This document shows, piece after piece, positions 23,670 through 35,499 of a stretch of 43,853 nt of DNA (position 1 is the first letter of the stretch; each line of letters opens with the position of its first letter). The notes below the pieces were generated by a model. The model made no database searches, was not told the origin of the DNA, and was given only the letters and a program-made list of their open reading frames with translations. The position numbers and the translations under genes were made by a program. Origin of the DNA: Chiloscyllium plagiosum. Its lineage: Eukaryota. The stretch lies in assembly GCF_004010195.1 (NCBI RefSeq), contig NC_057720.1:14043347-14087199 (forward strand), given 5' to 3'.

Positions 23670-24460
23670 CATAAGACAATAGAAATAGGAATAAGGCATT
23701 TGGCCTCTTGAGCCTACTCTGCCATTTGATAGGATCATGGCCAATTTGACATTTCTCATGTCCACTTTCCTGCCCTTTCCCCATAACTCATGATTCCTCT
23801 ATTGATCAAGAATCTATCTATTGCTGCCTTAAATATACACAAGGACTCTGCCCCCACAACTCTCTGTGGCAAGGATTTCCAAAGACTCACAACCATCCGA
23901 GAGAAGACATTCCTCCTCATCTCAATTTTAAATTATTCTGAGACTATGCCCTCTGCTCTGAGCCTCTCCCATGAGTGGAAACATTCTCTCTGTGTTTACC
24001 TGGTCAAGCCACTTCAGAAACCAATATGCTTCAATGAGATCATCTCTCAGTTTTCTGAACTCCAATAAGCAGAGTTCCAACCTTAGAATCCCTTCGGCCC
24101 AGCAAATCCACACCGACCCTCCGCAGAGTAACCCCCCCAAGATCCATTCCCCTACATTTACCCCTGACAAATGCACCTAACCTATACATCTCTGAGCACT
24201 ATGGGCAATTTTAGCTTGGCCAATTCACCTAAACTGCACACCCTTGTGACTGTGGGAGGAAGCCCACACAGGCCAAGGGGAGAAATGTGCAGACTCCACA
24301 CAGACAGTCACTCGAGACTGGAATTGAACCCAGGCCCCTGACACTGTGAGGCAGCAGTGCTAACCACTGAGCCACCATGCCACCCTGTTCAACTTGCTCA
24401 GCCTTTGCTCATAAGACAATCCCCCCAAGCTGAGAATCATCCGAGTGAACCTTCTGTGGC
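23670..24460 (-). mobile_element. CR1 3' fragment interrupted by an HE1 SINE
   Basis: LEFRKLRDDLIEAY...RMFPLMGE..SRGHSLRI and a 3' tail. Confidence 0.8.
24083..24385 (-). mobile_element. HE1-type SINE
   Basis: A box tggctcagtggttagc and B box ggttcaattcc on the minus strand. Confidence 0.88.
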
Positions 24461-25477
24461 ATGTCTATGGACCAAATATGAATGATGGGAGTAGAGTGGT
24501 GCCACCAATCTTCCTTTCTGTACTGGGTCTAAGGACTGGTTTGGATGCCTGTGATAGAGGCCGAATCACTCCAGAATGTTAATAAAAAAAGGCACTTGTT
24601 TTAACAAGAAGGTGTAGTTTATTCCATGACAGCAGGACATGCAAGTCACAGTGTTGGAGCCTGTCCATTTACAAGCTAGTCAGGAAAATAAGGTGAGATC
24701 AACCAAAATGAGATTCTCAATATTAAGAGAAACACAGTCTGATTCTGCAACCAAATTTTGATTGGCAAGGCAAGAATCTCTCTGGAGAGCAACAAGAACT
24801 ATGATTACTTCATATCACCTTCTCGATGTACAGTTTCCCATTCTGCCACCCACTGGATAGAAACGAGATAGCAACGGCTCTCAATATGAAAGGCAGGGTG
24901 GCTGCCTGGAGTATCTAGCTTTCCACCTGCCTTCTCTCAATCTCCCATCCTGGGCAGCAGTCATCATCATCTCAGGGTACATTCCACAGGCAGCCACCAC
25001 CCATACCTGCTGCCCACAGACGTCGACATCAGACATGTATCAGCCTTACCATAACCTCATCATACATCACCGATCCACTCACTGGCCGCTGCATGTTGGA
25101 GCACATTGGCACCTTTCAGTACAATGCTACTGCAAGAGCACTTTAGGTGCAAGAACATGCATCCCAATTTGTGGATTGGTCCTGGGTGATCTCAGGGTAC
25201 CTCACTTGGTCCCTTAGTGCTGACTTACTGTAGCTACCTGGATGCACATGGCATCTCTGCTCTGCCTTGCCTTATTGCACTATTCCCTCTCAGGCAGAGC
25301 TTAAAGGCTCACCATACTCTGTCTTGCTCTATTGTTCAGTGCAGATGCAAAGCTAGGCAACTTGTCGCGGTTGTAAGCAATGATCAGTCAATGAGTTAAG
25401 TCACACTTACTTCAGGTGGACCATATGTTGCTGTGCGGCCATGTGCTAGGGGGAGCCAATGGCCTGGTGGTTTTATT

Positions 25478-25641
25478 CAGAGTAGTGCTGGAAAAACACA
25501 GCAGGTCAGGCAGCATCTGAGGAGCAGGAAAATCGATGTTTCGGGCAAAAACCCTTCATCAGGAATCCTGATGATGAGCTTTTGCCTGAAACGTCGGTTT
25601 TCCTGCTCCTCGGATGCTGCCTGACCTGCTGTGCTTTTCCA
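25478..25641. mobile_element. Penelope-derived inverted repeat with two divergent hammerhead cores
   Basis: About 80-bp arms centred on caggaatcctg. CTGATGA...GAAA on both strands. Runs into N gap 25642-25962. Confidence 0.8.
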
Positions 25642-25962
25642 NNNNNNNNNNNNNNNNNNNNNNNNNNNNNNNNNNNNNNNNNNNNNNNNNNNNNNNNNNN
25701 NNNNNNNNNNNNNNNNNNNNNNNNNNNNNNNNNNNNNNNNNNNNNNNNNNNNNNNNNNNNNNNNNNNNNNNNNNNNNNNNNNNNNNNNNNNNNNNNNNNN
25801 NNNNNNNNNNNNNNNNNNNNNNNNNNNNNNNNNNNNNNNNNNNNNNNNNNNNNNNNNNNNNNNNNNNNNNNNNNNNNNNNNNNNNNNNNNNNNNNNNNNN
25901 NNNNNNNNNNNNNNNNNNNNNNNNNNNNNNNNNNNNNNNNNNNNNNNNNNNNNNNNNNNNNN

Positions 25963-26350
25963 GGGAGAAAGTAGCATAGAGTACAATAGGTGAATGGGGG
26001 TGGGGATGAAGGTGATAGATCAGAGAGGAGGGTGGAGTGGATAGGTGGAAAGGGAGATATGCAGGTAGGAAAGGTAATGAGGGCAGTGCTGAGCTGGAAG
26101 GTTGGAACTGGGGTGAGGTGGGGGAAGGGGAAATGAGGAAACTGGTGAAGTCCACATTGATGCTCTGGAGTTGAAGTGTTCCGAGACAAAGATGAGGTGT
26201 TCTTCCTCCAGGCATCGGGTGGCGAGGGAGCGGCAGTGGAGGAGGCCCAGGACCATCATGTCCTCGGCAGAATGGGAGGGGGAGTTGAAATGTTGGGCCA
26301 CAGGCTTGGTGTGGGTGTCCCGGAGATGTTCCCTAAAGCACTCTGCTACC
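25963..26350 (-). mobile_element. Penelope-like element GIY-YIG C-terminus and 3' UTR
   Basis: FREHLRD..PVAQHFNSPSHS..M.VLGL...RCLEEEHLIF/LGTLQ..INVDF. Confidence 0.85.
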
Positions 26351-26562
26351 AGACAGAATGCTCTCGATGGTGCACCTATAAAAGTTGGCAAGGGTATTCG
26401 CCATCATGCCAAATTTCCTCAGGTGCCTGAGGAAGAAGAGACGTTGTTGGGCCTTTGTAACCAGTGCGTCTACGTGAAGAGTCCAAGAAAGCTTGTTGTG
26501 GATGACCACTCCCAGGAGTTTGACGTTCTCCACTCGCTCCCCCTCTGTGGTGTTAATGTGTA
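26348..26562 (-). mobile_element. Rex1/Babar-type LINE RT C-terminal fragment
   Basis: ERVENVKLLGVVIHNKLSW..H....TKAQQRLFFLRHLRKF...LANFYRCTIESILSG. Confidence 0.88.
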
Positions 26563-26632
26563 GGTGGGGGGGGGTGGGTTGCGGGGGGGAGCATGTGTAA
26601 CATCCCGCCGAAGCCCACACAGACAGGGATGG

Positions 26633-26742
26633 AATGCCTGAAACACTGACTCTCCTGCTCCTCGGATGCTGCCTGACCTGCTGTGTTTTTCCAGCACTCC
26701 ACTCTCAAATCTGATCTCCAGTATCTGCAGTCCTCACTTTTT
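26633..26742 (+). mobile_element. Penelope-derived arm (family of 18130/25478)
   Basis: cctgctcctcggatgctgcctgacctgctgtg...ctgcagtcctcactt. Confidence 0.75.
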
Positions 26743-27149
26743 CCAGGGAGGGAATGTGCCAAGTTCACACAGACTGTTGCCTGAGGATGGAGTTGAACCT
26801 GGATTCCTGGTGCTAACCATTGACTCACTCTAAAAGTGACACTTCACTAATTTCTGGTAACATTGTCTCAGTGAGCTTGTCAGGCATAATGACAAAAGTT
26901 ATCAGAAGCCAGACTGTGAGATGTATCTGACCTTATTACAATCTAGAACTGGACTCCCCAATTTAGGACATCACTAGATTTGGTGCAATCTCCAATATTA
27001 ACCCTTTTGGAATTATTACCTTATACAACCAAATACACCAGAAAAAATAACAACACCTATAATTCTTCAATGTAGGGAACCTCCCAACACGCTATATGTT
27101 GAGGAAGAAAATAAACAGCATAAATTGAGCAGGAGGAAAAGTCTTGAGG

Positions 27150-27660
27150 ATTAAAAACAAGATCAAAGTGAAGGGTTTTTGATGGTAAGGAGTGGTAGCA
27201 GTTTGATGGCTGAATGTGGGCCTATGAGTGGGGGAGTAATGACAATGAATCTCAAAGAGAGACCCAGTGTTGGAGAAGAGAAGGAAGACTGAAAGAGGTT
27301 ATGAGGTGGGGCAAGGCAATGGGAGGATAATGTTTTGAGTCAATTCAAAGAGGACAAAGGCATTAGGAGTGCAGGGTGTGAATAAGGACATTGGCATTTT
27401 AGAGTGGTGAGCTGAAAATTGTGGAGATTCGAGGCAAGTTGAAAGAGCAATAAATAAAGAACCCCGCAGTGTTAAATGAATAGTAAACACATAGGACCCC
27501 AAGGGTAGACCCTGAAATTCAACCTCTGAATTGTAGGTCTCACCACTCAGTGTGGGCAAGAAATATAGTAGCTGAGGCAGGGATGAAAGAAAATATTCAC
27601 AACAGTTGTGTAGCTGGAGTGGAGGGTGAGAGTCACAGGCAGAACACAAAGTCAACAGTT
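27150..27660 (-). mobile_element. Highly decayed L2-like RT fragment
   Basis: FQGLPLGSYVFTIH resembles PQGSILGPLLFxIY; otherwise weak. Confidence 0.45.
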
Positions 27661-28126
27661 CAATGATACTAAATAGGTTATCCTCACAAATGAGTGAGCA
27701 GTATGTGCAATTCCTTCCCTGTCACTGTCCTTCAACACCCACACCATTTATTCCAGCAATGTTTCTCTGCTCCCCATCATTTCAGAGACTCACCGAGTCA
27801 TGCAGCCTGAATACAGGCTCTTCAGTCCGACCAGTCCATGCTGATCATATTTCCAACTAGAATGGTTCCAGCTGCCTGCATTTTTCATTTTGCCTAGAAA
27901 TATTACTTACTTTAGCACCTATTTTGATTGAGATTCACCAAAAGACATTATTGCTACTGTGAGAATCAGCCGACTTCCTTCAGAAATGCCATCTTAAAGC
28001 TCAAAATGCCTATTTTATTTATTGAGTCATGCATGATGATGGGATCTAAGGGGCAAGGCCAAGTTTACCAACAATCCCTTGTTGTCCTTCATGGTGGAGA
28101 ATCACCTTTTTTAACTGACAGTCTGA

Positions 28127-28446
28127 TTACTTTACTTTACTTACAGTGTGGAAACAGGTCCTTCGGCCCAACAAGTCCACACCGACCCGCCCAGATGCGC
28201 ACCCACCCAGACCCATTCCCCTACATTTACCCCTGCACCTAACACTACGGGCAATTTAGCGTGGCCAATTCACCTAACCTGCACATTTTTGGACCATGGG
28301 AGGAAACCGGAGCACCCGGAGGAAACCCACGCAGACACAGGGAGAATGTGCAAACTCCACACAGAGAGTCGCCTGAGGTGGGAATTGAACCTGGGTCTCT
28401 GGCACTGTGAGGCAGCAGTGCTAACCACTGTGCCACCATGTCGCCC
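28127..28446 (-). mobile_element. Full-length HE1-type SINE
   Basis: tRNA head (gggcgacatggtggcacagtggttagcac...ggttcaattccc), central body, CR1-derived tail and (gtaaa)n end. Confidence 0.93.
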
Positions 28447-28794
28447 ACTGGTCAAGGTACATCCATCGAGCTGCAAAGGAGGGATTTCCAGGATCTCATT
28501 GAATGATGGAACAGGCTGGAGAGGCCGATTGGCCTACTCCTGCTCCTATCTTCCTATATATGGTGGTCAGGTGCTGCATGACTTAGAGGGAGCATGGAGT
28601 TAGTGATGTTTCCTCCGTCCTTCACATTCTCCATGGTTATGGTTGTGAGTTTATAGGCACTTTGAAAGATTCCAGAGCATCAAATAGATTGTGAACAATG
28701 TATCAATGGAGTGAAGGTTTAAGGTTATGGTCCACCTATTGACCAGGGTTTAGATTACTGTGGCAGGGGCTACGCAAAAGTTTAATTTAGTTTT

Positions 28795-29265
28795 GTACCT
28801 TCACTCTGAAGCTGTGCCCTTGGGTCCTAGTCTCTCCTACTAGTAGAAACATCTTCTCCACATCTCGGCTATCCAAGCCTCATGACATTCTGTAAGTTTC
28901 AATCAGATCCCCCTTCATCCTTCTAAACCCCATCAATTCCAGACTCAGGTTCCTCAACTGCTCCACACATGACAAGCCCTTCATCTCCAGCATCATTCCT
29001 GTGAACCTCTTGTGGATTGCCACCAATGTCAGTAGATCTCTACCATAATTGCTCACAGTATTCCATATGTGGTCTTCCATATATTCCATATGTATAGCTA
29101 CAGCAGTATATCTCTGCTCTTGTATTCCACCTCTGTCAAAATGAATGCCAACATTGCATTTGCCTTCCTAACTAGCAAATGAATCATGTTAACTTTAGGT
29201 GAATCCTGAACTAAGACTTCCAAGTCCCATCGTGCTTCAGATTTCCAAAGCTTTTCCCCATTTAA
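28795..29265 (-). mobile_element. CR1 ORF2 fragment
   Basis: HKRFTGMM.EMKGLS..EQL..L.LE..FRRMKGDLIETY. Confidence 0.8.
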
Positions 29266-29639
29266 CTCTCAATGTGTTTCACCTTCAGTGTATGGATAAT
29301 GCTGTTGCTCTTTGAAGGGAATCACATTGTTTGATGCTGAAGGCCTCTCCATTACAGAATGAAACTCCCACTCTGCTCTGTCTTGAGAAAACATCATTGA
29401 CCAAACATGGTAACTTTGGAATGTCAATGCTTATCTGAGTGCTCACAACCTTTTAAATATGGTACTAGCCCCAGGAATGCTGGATTATTCGCAGATGTCC
29501 AGTTGGTGACAAATGTTTCCGTGGATGGTCTGCAATAAGATGGGGATAGAATGAGGCATGAAGGATACCACTGTGATAGTTAACAAGACACTTGGTAAGG
29601 TCTGTTGAGAAATCTCACCAGACCTTGTGGCAAGAAACC

Positions 29640-30570
29640 GCCTGGCCCATATCCCTCCAAACTCTTCCTATACATATACCCATCCAGATGCCTTTTAAAT
29701 GTTGCAATTGTCCCAGCCTCTACCACTTCCTCTGGCAGTTCAATCCATGCAGTACGACTCTCTGTGAAAAAAAATTGCCCCTTAGGTCTCTTTTATATCG
29801 TTTCCCTCTCAACCTAAACCTATGCCCTCTAGTTCTGGACTCTCCCACCTCAGGGAAAAGACCTTGTCTGTTTACCCTATCCATGCCCCTCATGATTTTA
29901 TAAACTTCAATAAGGTCACTCCTCAGCCTCCAATGCTCCAGGGAAAACAGCTCTTTTCTGAACCCTTTCAAGTTTCACAACATCCTTCTGATAGGAAGGA
30001 GACCAGACCATTAAGTGTATAAGTCCTGCTAAGATTTGCTTTCCCAAAGTGCAACACCTTGCATTTATCTAAATTAAACTCCATCTGCCACTCCTCAGCC
30101 CATTGGCTCATCTGATCAAGATCCTGTTCTAATCTGAGGTAACCCTCTTCGCTGTCCACTACACCTCTAATTTTGGTGTCATCTGCAAACTCACTAACTA
30201 TACCTCTTAAGCTCACATCCAAATCATTTATGTAAATGACGAAAACTAGTGAACCCAGCACCGATCCTTGTGGTACTCCACTGGTCACAGGCCTCGTCTG
30301 AAAAGCAACCGTCCACCTCCACCCTCTGTCTTCTACCTTTGAGCCAGTTCTGTATCCAAATGGCTAGTTTTCCCTGTATTCCATGAGGTTTAACCTTGCT
30401 AACCAATCTCCCATGGAGAACCTTGTCAAATGCCTTACTGAAATATATGTCACTCATGTGTACCATTCTGTCCTCATCAATCCTCTTTGTTACTTCTTCA
30501 AAAAACTCAATCAAATTTGTGAGACATGATTTCCCACACACAAAACCATGTTGACTATCCCTAATCCATC
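29640..30570 (-). mobile_element. CR1 (HER1-like) RT fragment with an internal deletion near 29950-30010
   Basis: QHGFVCGKSCLTNL, FSKAFDKV, SGVPQGSVLG, FADDTKI, WQMEFNLDKC, then a jump to FSLE..RLRSDLIEVYK. Confidence 0.92.
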
Positions 30571-30587
30571 CAAAGTACATGCATGCG

Positions 30588-30648
30588 TACACATGCACAT
30601 GCACACTCACTTACTCACACTCTCTCTCTTTCACACACACACACACTC
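30588..30648. repeat. Compound (CA)n/(CT)n low-complexity tract
   Basis: Direct reading. Confidence 0.85.
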
Positions 30649-31544
30649 TTCAGGGAATGAGAAAAATACAGATTCTCTCTGCACTTTAAGAATTGTTCAG
30701 TGAAAAAAAATCTTTCTTAGCTTTCAGGGTTATTCTCTAAGTTAAAAACGATAAGATGTAGAATGTCCCAACATTTGTGACTTTGTTTTCGGGAATGTGT
30801 GGTCAAGTCATGAATTGTAAATAGTTGTGTCCATAGTCTTGGCAGATATAACTTGCTCAGGAAATACAATATTGAGAAATTCCTGCAATCACTCTCCCAG
30901 ATGAACTAACACGTTTCACCTGAACTCAACAAGATGTTCTCTTCACAGATAGGCAGTCTTTTCTCATCGTCTTCTCATTCCCTAAATAAGACCAGGGACC
31001 AAAGCACCCTCCATCAAGTCGTGATTACAAAAGCCTCAGAAGAGGTCTATAGTAGAAAAATCTGATATCACCGTTAGGAGATTTTTAGAAAGGTCTTGTA
31101 AAATTAAAAATAATTCCAATGTCTACAGTGACCTTTGACTTACCTCCTGAAGAAATCACTCCAGATAGTTTTATAGAACTCAAATCAATTTTTCCACAAT
31201 ACTTAAAACTTTAGTCCTCAAAGAAATATTAAATGTGAAGTATCTTTACAACAGACAGAAGAACAAAGAGATTAGGAGCCCCAAAATGTTAACCACTTAG
31301 AGTTATGCCACAATTTAGCATGGCCCATTAAAAAGCAAACTGATTTTTGTTAACCAAGTGGAAATCATAAGTTGGGAGTTTACCCGACTCAAATTTAAAG
31401 GGGTTACATTAAAACTAATTTTCATTCCAGGGAGTTGAATGCAGGATAACATCGTGTCTGTTGACCTCAGAAGTGAATCACAGATGGCCGCAGAGGCAGG
31501 TAAATGCAGAGGCATGTTGGTTAAAATGCTCAATTTGGTTCTCT

Positions 31545-32560
31545 AGCCTAATGGTATTGTCATGGACTAGTAATCCAGCAACCCACTGTAACATTCTGGG
31601 GATCTGGCTTTAAGTCCTATCGTGTCAAGTAGAACTATATAGCACAGAAACAGACCCTTCAGTCCGAGCAATCCACACCGACCATAATCCCAAACTGGTC
31701 CCATCTGCACATGGAACATATTCCTCCAAACATTTCTTATTCTTGTACTTAGCTAAATGTCTTTTAAACGTTATGACTGAACCCGCATTTCCTATTTCCT
31801 TTGGAAATTCATTCACCACATGAACTTCCCTCTATTAAAAAAGTTGTCTTTCATGTTTTTTTTAATCTTTCTCCTCTCACCTTAAAAATATCTCTCCAAG
31901 TCTTGAAATCCCCCACCCTAGGAAAAGACACCTGCCATTGACCTTATCTATACCCCTCATGATTTTATAAACCTCTATATGATCACACCTCAGTCTCCTA
32001 AACTGCTGTGAAAAATATTCCAGCCTATCCAGTCTCTCCTTATAACTCAAAGCCTTCATTCCCTGTAACATCCTGGTAAATCTCCTCTGAGCCCTCTCCA
32101 GCTTAATAATAACCTTCCTATAACAGGGCGATCAGAATTGCACCCAGCACTCTAGAAGAGGCCTCACCAACATCCTGTACAACCTCAACATAACGTCCAT
32201 TTACTTAAAAGTCTGAAATTTAAGATAAATACAAAATAAAACCATTGCCAATTATTGTAAATACCCAATAGTTCACTAATGCCTTTAGGGAAGCAAAATG
32301 CCGACCTTATCTAAGTGTTATTCTAAATCCACAAGTTGACTCTTAACTGCCCTCTGAAATGGCCTTACAAGCCATTTGGTTTTATCAAGTGCTAGAATGG
32401 AATAAAAACAAATGGACACTGAGCTTTGTCTAAGGTATTGGAAATGAATACAGCAAATAAACTCATCTAGACACTGCAAACTCTTCCTTACCATCATCTG
32501 GGGACTAGTGCCAAAACTGGTGGAGCTGTCTCCTCGACAAGTCAAGAAGCAGCTTGACTA
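31545..32560 (+). mobile_element. tRNA-derived SINE (family of 17845) split by a CR1 insertion
   Basis: Head at 31545-31625; the body resumes near 32215 with aaccattgccaattattgtaaa...gttgactcttaactgccctctgaaatggcc. Confidence 0.6.
31628..32200 (-). mobile_element. CR1 (HER1-like) 3' fragment
   Basis: LSYKERLDRL...IEVYKIMRGIDKV and a 3' tail. Confidence 0.88.
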
Positions 32561-33209
32561 GCATCTAGGTATGATGAATGTCAGAGAGAAATCGTGTCGG
32601 GTAATAAATCTGAAATCGGAGATCTGAGTGGACCCATGAGGCAGCTGGTAAAGGAGATAAACATTTGGTCTGTTCCCCAATGGGCAGTCATTGTTATCAG
32701 CTATTAATTAGCCATCCAAAAATATTCTGCAGTGACCAGCCTTTCTGAGGTTGCCTTAGGAGTCAATAGAATGTTTTATCATAATCAAATACAAAACTTG
32801 CAAAAAAAAGACTTCTATTGGTTCTTGCCAATGATCAATGTGATGTTTCCCCGAGTACCAGAGGGTAATTTCAGCTTCATTGGGAACATTACTAAATCAG
32901 AGGTTGCAAATCAGAGGTGTTTATTTAAATATTAATATGATGCAATTCACCAATATGGCAACCGACTCTAAAATAACACTCTTCCACTCAAGGACAAAAC
33001 AAATAGAACATTTAGCATAAGCCAGCACACGCACTAATTATACTTCCAATGGTTTTCCATTGTGTTGCAATCTTTTAGCTTTGCTGACTAGAAACTTCAA
33101 AAAATAGAGAGCAGTGTGACCATGTTTAATGGCTATGGCCTAGTCCCAACCATTTCTGAAATAGATCCAAAGGTAACAGCATTAAGCCATTCTCCTGTTA
33201 CGGTTTTGC

Positions 33210-33735
33210 ATTGCACTACCAGAAGGATGTGAATGCTTTGGGAAGGGTACAGAAAAGGTTTACCAGAAAGTTGCCTGGTATGGGGGATTTTAGCTATGAA
33301 GAAAGGTTGGATAGACTGGGGCTGTTTCCACTGGAATGTAGGAGGTTGAAAGGTGACCTGATAGAACTTAATAAGATTGTGAATGGCATTGATCGGATGG
33401 ACATTATGAGGCTTTTCCCAGGGTGAAGGGGTCAATGACCAGGGGACACAAGTTCAAGGTGCAGGGGTGGATGCAAGTTTTAAAGAGATATGCGAGGTAT
33501 GTTTTTCACACAAAGGGCGGTGAGTGTCTGGAACATGCTGCCAGAGGAGGTGATGGAAGCAGACACAGTAGCAGCATTCAAGAAGCACCTGGATGAACAC
33601 ATGAATAGGAATGGAATAGAGAGATACGGATTCTGTAAGTGAAGACAGTTTTGGTATGGAAGGGCAAAATGTGTCCATGCAGGCTTGGAAGGCCGAGAGA
33701 CCCGTGCATGTGTTGTTTTGCTCTATGTTCATGTT
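33210..33735 (+). mobile_element. CR1 3' fragment
   Basis: HYQKDVNALGRVQKRFTRKLPG...GDLIEL.K and a 3' tail. Confidence 0.9.
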
Positions 33736-33779
33736 GTAGTATTATTTACCTCTGGGTGTGATAAAGCGTCACAGAAAGA

Positions 33780-34530
33780 GCAGACCTTCTTGGGATGAGG
33801 TTTTCTCGGATGACCCTGAGATATGTCTGCATGACTCTGGCACCTAGGAGATCTGGCATGAGTTCAGTGTCCTCCTGCTCTGTCATTTTCACCAGAAGAA
33901 GTGTGCTAATATACCCTGCCCTCATTGGCAATTCCTCTGTCCTTTACAATGTCACATTGTACAAGCACAGTAGATGATGATACCGTCTGTAGTGTGTGTG
34001 GTGAACCCACGTGAGGCATCACATTTTAAATGGTCCTATGGTCTGCTCTATGCCTTATTGTTTTTATTTACTCACCTTGTCGGATGGGGGTGTCCCTGGT
34101 TGGGCCAGCATTTATTACCCTTGAGAAGCTGGTGTTGAGCTGCCTTCTTGAACTGCTGCAGTCCATCTGATATACACAGACCCACAGTGCCCTTAGGAAG
34201 GGAATTCCAGGATTTTGACCCAGCAACCCTGAAGGAACAGTGATATATTTCCAGTTCCCGATGGTGAGTGGTTTAGAGCTGAACTTGCAGGTGGGGTTGT
34301 TCAGCAATGTGCAGTTTTGTAGTGCTCCTCCACATGGCTTCAGGGAAGATACTCTTATGTCACAAGCCAGGCTGTGATCTGATCCTGCACTTGGTAGGGA
34401 GTCACATGTAGCTGTGGCACCTGGGAGTTCCTTAAGATTTGTGCATCATGAAAGCATTCCTGGACACACCTCCATAACTAATTTCTAATTACCACACGTA
34501 ATTTGGACTTTAGGGAATAAACTGAGGCTA
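33780..34530 (-). pseudogene. Decayed PIF/Harbinger (HARBI1-like DDE) transposase, C-terminal half
   Basis: Collinear minus-strand motifs YSL/VQITC, CPG..HDAQILRNSQVP, WLVT, EEHYKTAH, then IEQTIGPFKM*CL, IIIYC/LYN and IRENLI. Interrupted by a CR1 tail. Confidence 0.8.
34060..34305 (-). mobile_element. CR1-group 3' end (family of 19705-21945) inserted in the Harbinger fossil
   Basis: Reverse-complement match by eye to 21720-21940. Confidence 0.8.
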
Positions 34531-34544
34531 CACAGAGTTCGATG

Positions 34545-35300
34545 CCTACATGTGCGCATTCAATTACACCCTTTGGCTGTATATGGTCTATTATATCCTG
34601 TACCTGTGTACATGTGATTACACACTGTACCTGCATACATTACACTGTATACTGTACCTGTATACACACAGTTATACCCTGTACCTGTGCACAGTTGATT
34701 ACAACCTGTATATCTGTAGGCAGTTGATTACACCATGTATCTGTGTGCCGTAGATTGCACCCTGTATTTGTATATAGTTTATTATATCCTGGACCTGTGT
34801 GCAGGTGATTAAATCTTGTACCTTATGCAGGTTGATTACATTTTGTACCTGCGTACAGTCGATTAGACCCTGTACCTGGGTGCAGTCAATTAGACCCTGT
34901 AGCTGATGGCTGTTGATTAGATCCTGTAGCTGCGTGCAGTCAATTAGACCCTGTACCTGGATGCAGTCGATTATATCCGGTACCTTTGTGACGTCAATTA
35001 CTTCCTGAACCCACACACAGTTGATTACAGTCGAGAGTGTGGTACTGGAAAAGCACAGCAGGTCAGGCAGCATCCAAGGAGCAGGAGAATTGACGTTTTG
35101 GGCATAAGCCCTTCATCAGTTGATTGCACCCTGCACTTCTGTGCAGTTGGTTTTACTATCTACTGTATACAGTCAATTATATCTTGTATGTGTGTGCAGT
35201 CGATTACACTCTGTGCCTGTGTGCAGACAATTACACCCTCTACTGTATACAGTTGATTGTATCTCACACCTGGATGCAATAGATTAGACCTTGTGTCTCT
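34545..35300. repeat. 27-bp diverged minisatellite, roughly two dozen units (consensus ~cagttgattacaccctgtacctgtgtg)
   Basis: Consecutive units such as cagtcgattagaccctgtacctgggtg / cagtcaattagaccctgtagctgatgg. Confidence 0.92.
35031..35119 (-). mobile_element. Penelope-derived arm inserted in the minisatellite
   Basis: Minus strand CTGATGA-AGGGC-TTAT-GCCC-AAAA-CGTC (GAAA box mutated) followed by the family arm. Confidence 0.82.
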
Positions 35301-35499
35301 TTAAAGTTGTTCACAGAAGGCAGATACATTTCTGATGCACGTCGTAAATATTTTAATTGCAATTTTATGGGAAATGGATAAAAGAAAGGGAATGTAAGTG
35401 GTCCATAGTTCCGGCTATACTGCCAGGAAAGGCACACTGTTATGGTCCCAGCACCTGAGCAGATAAAAAGGCCAAAGTTCAAAAACAAGTTGCTGGGGA

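Noticed and set aside
24480..25470. Moderately GC-rich stretch with short ORFs
   Set aside because: Probably a decayed repeat, but no family motif could be identified.
25477..26215. Long ORFs in the track
   Set aside because: Artefacts of reading through the N gap at 25642-25962.
28127..28603. tRNA gene or 151-aa ORF
   Set aside because: The A/B boxes belong to an HE1 SINE head, and the ORF is a chance antisense reading of the SINE.
34545..35300. CRISPR-like periodic array, or a repeat protein gene (ORF 34699-35073)
   Set aside because: Units are contiguous with no unique spacers, the context is eukaryotic, and the ORF start lies in an inserted repeat.
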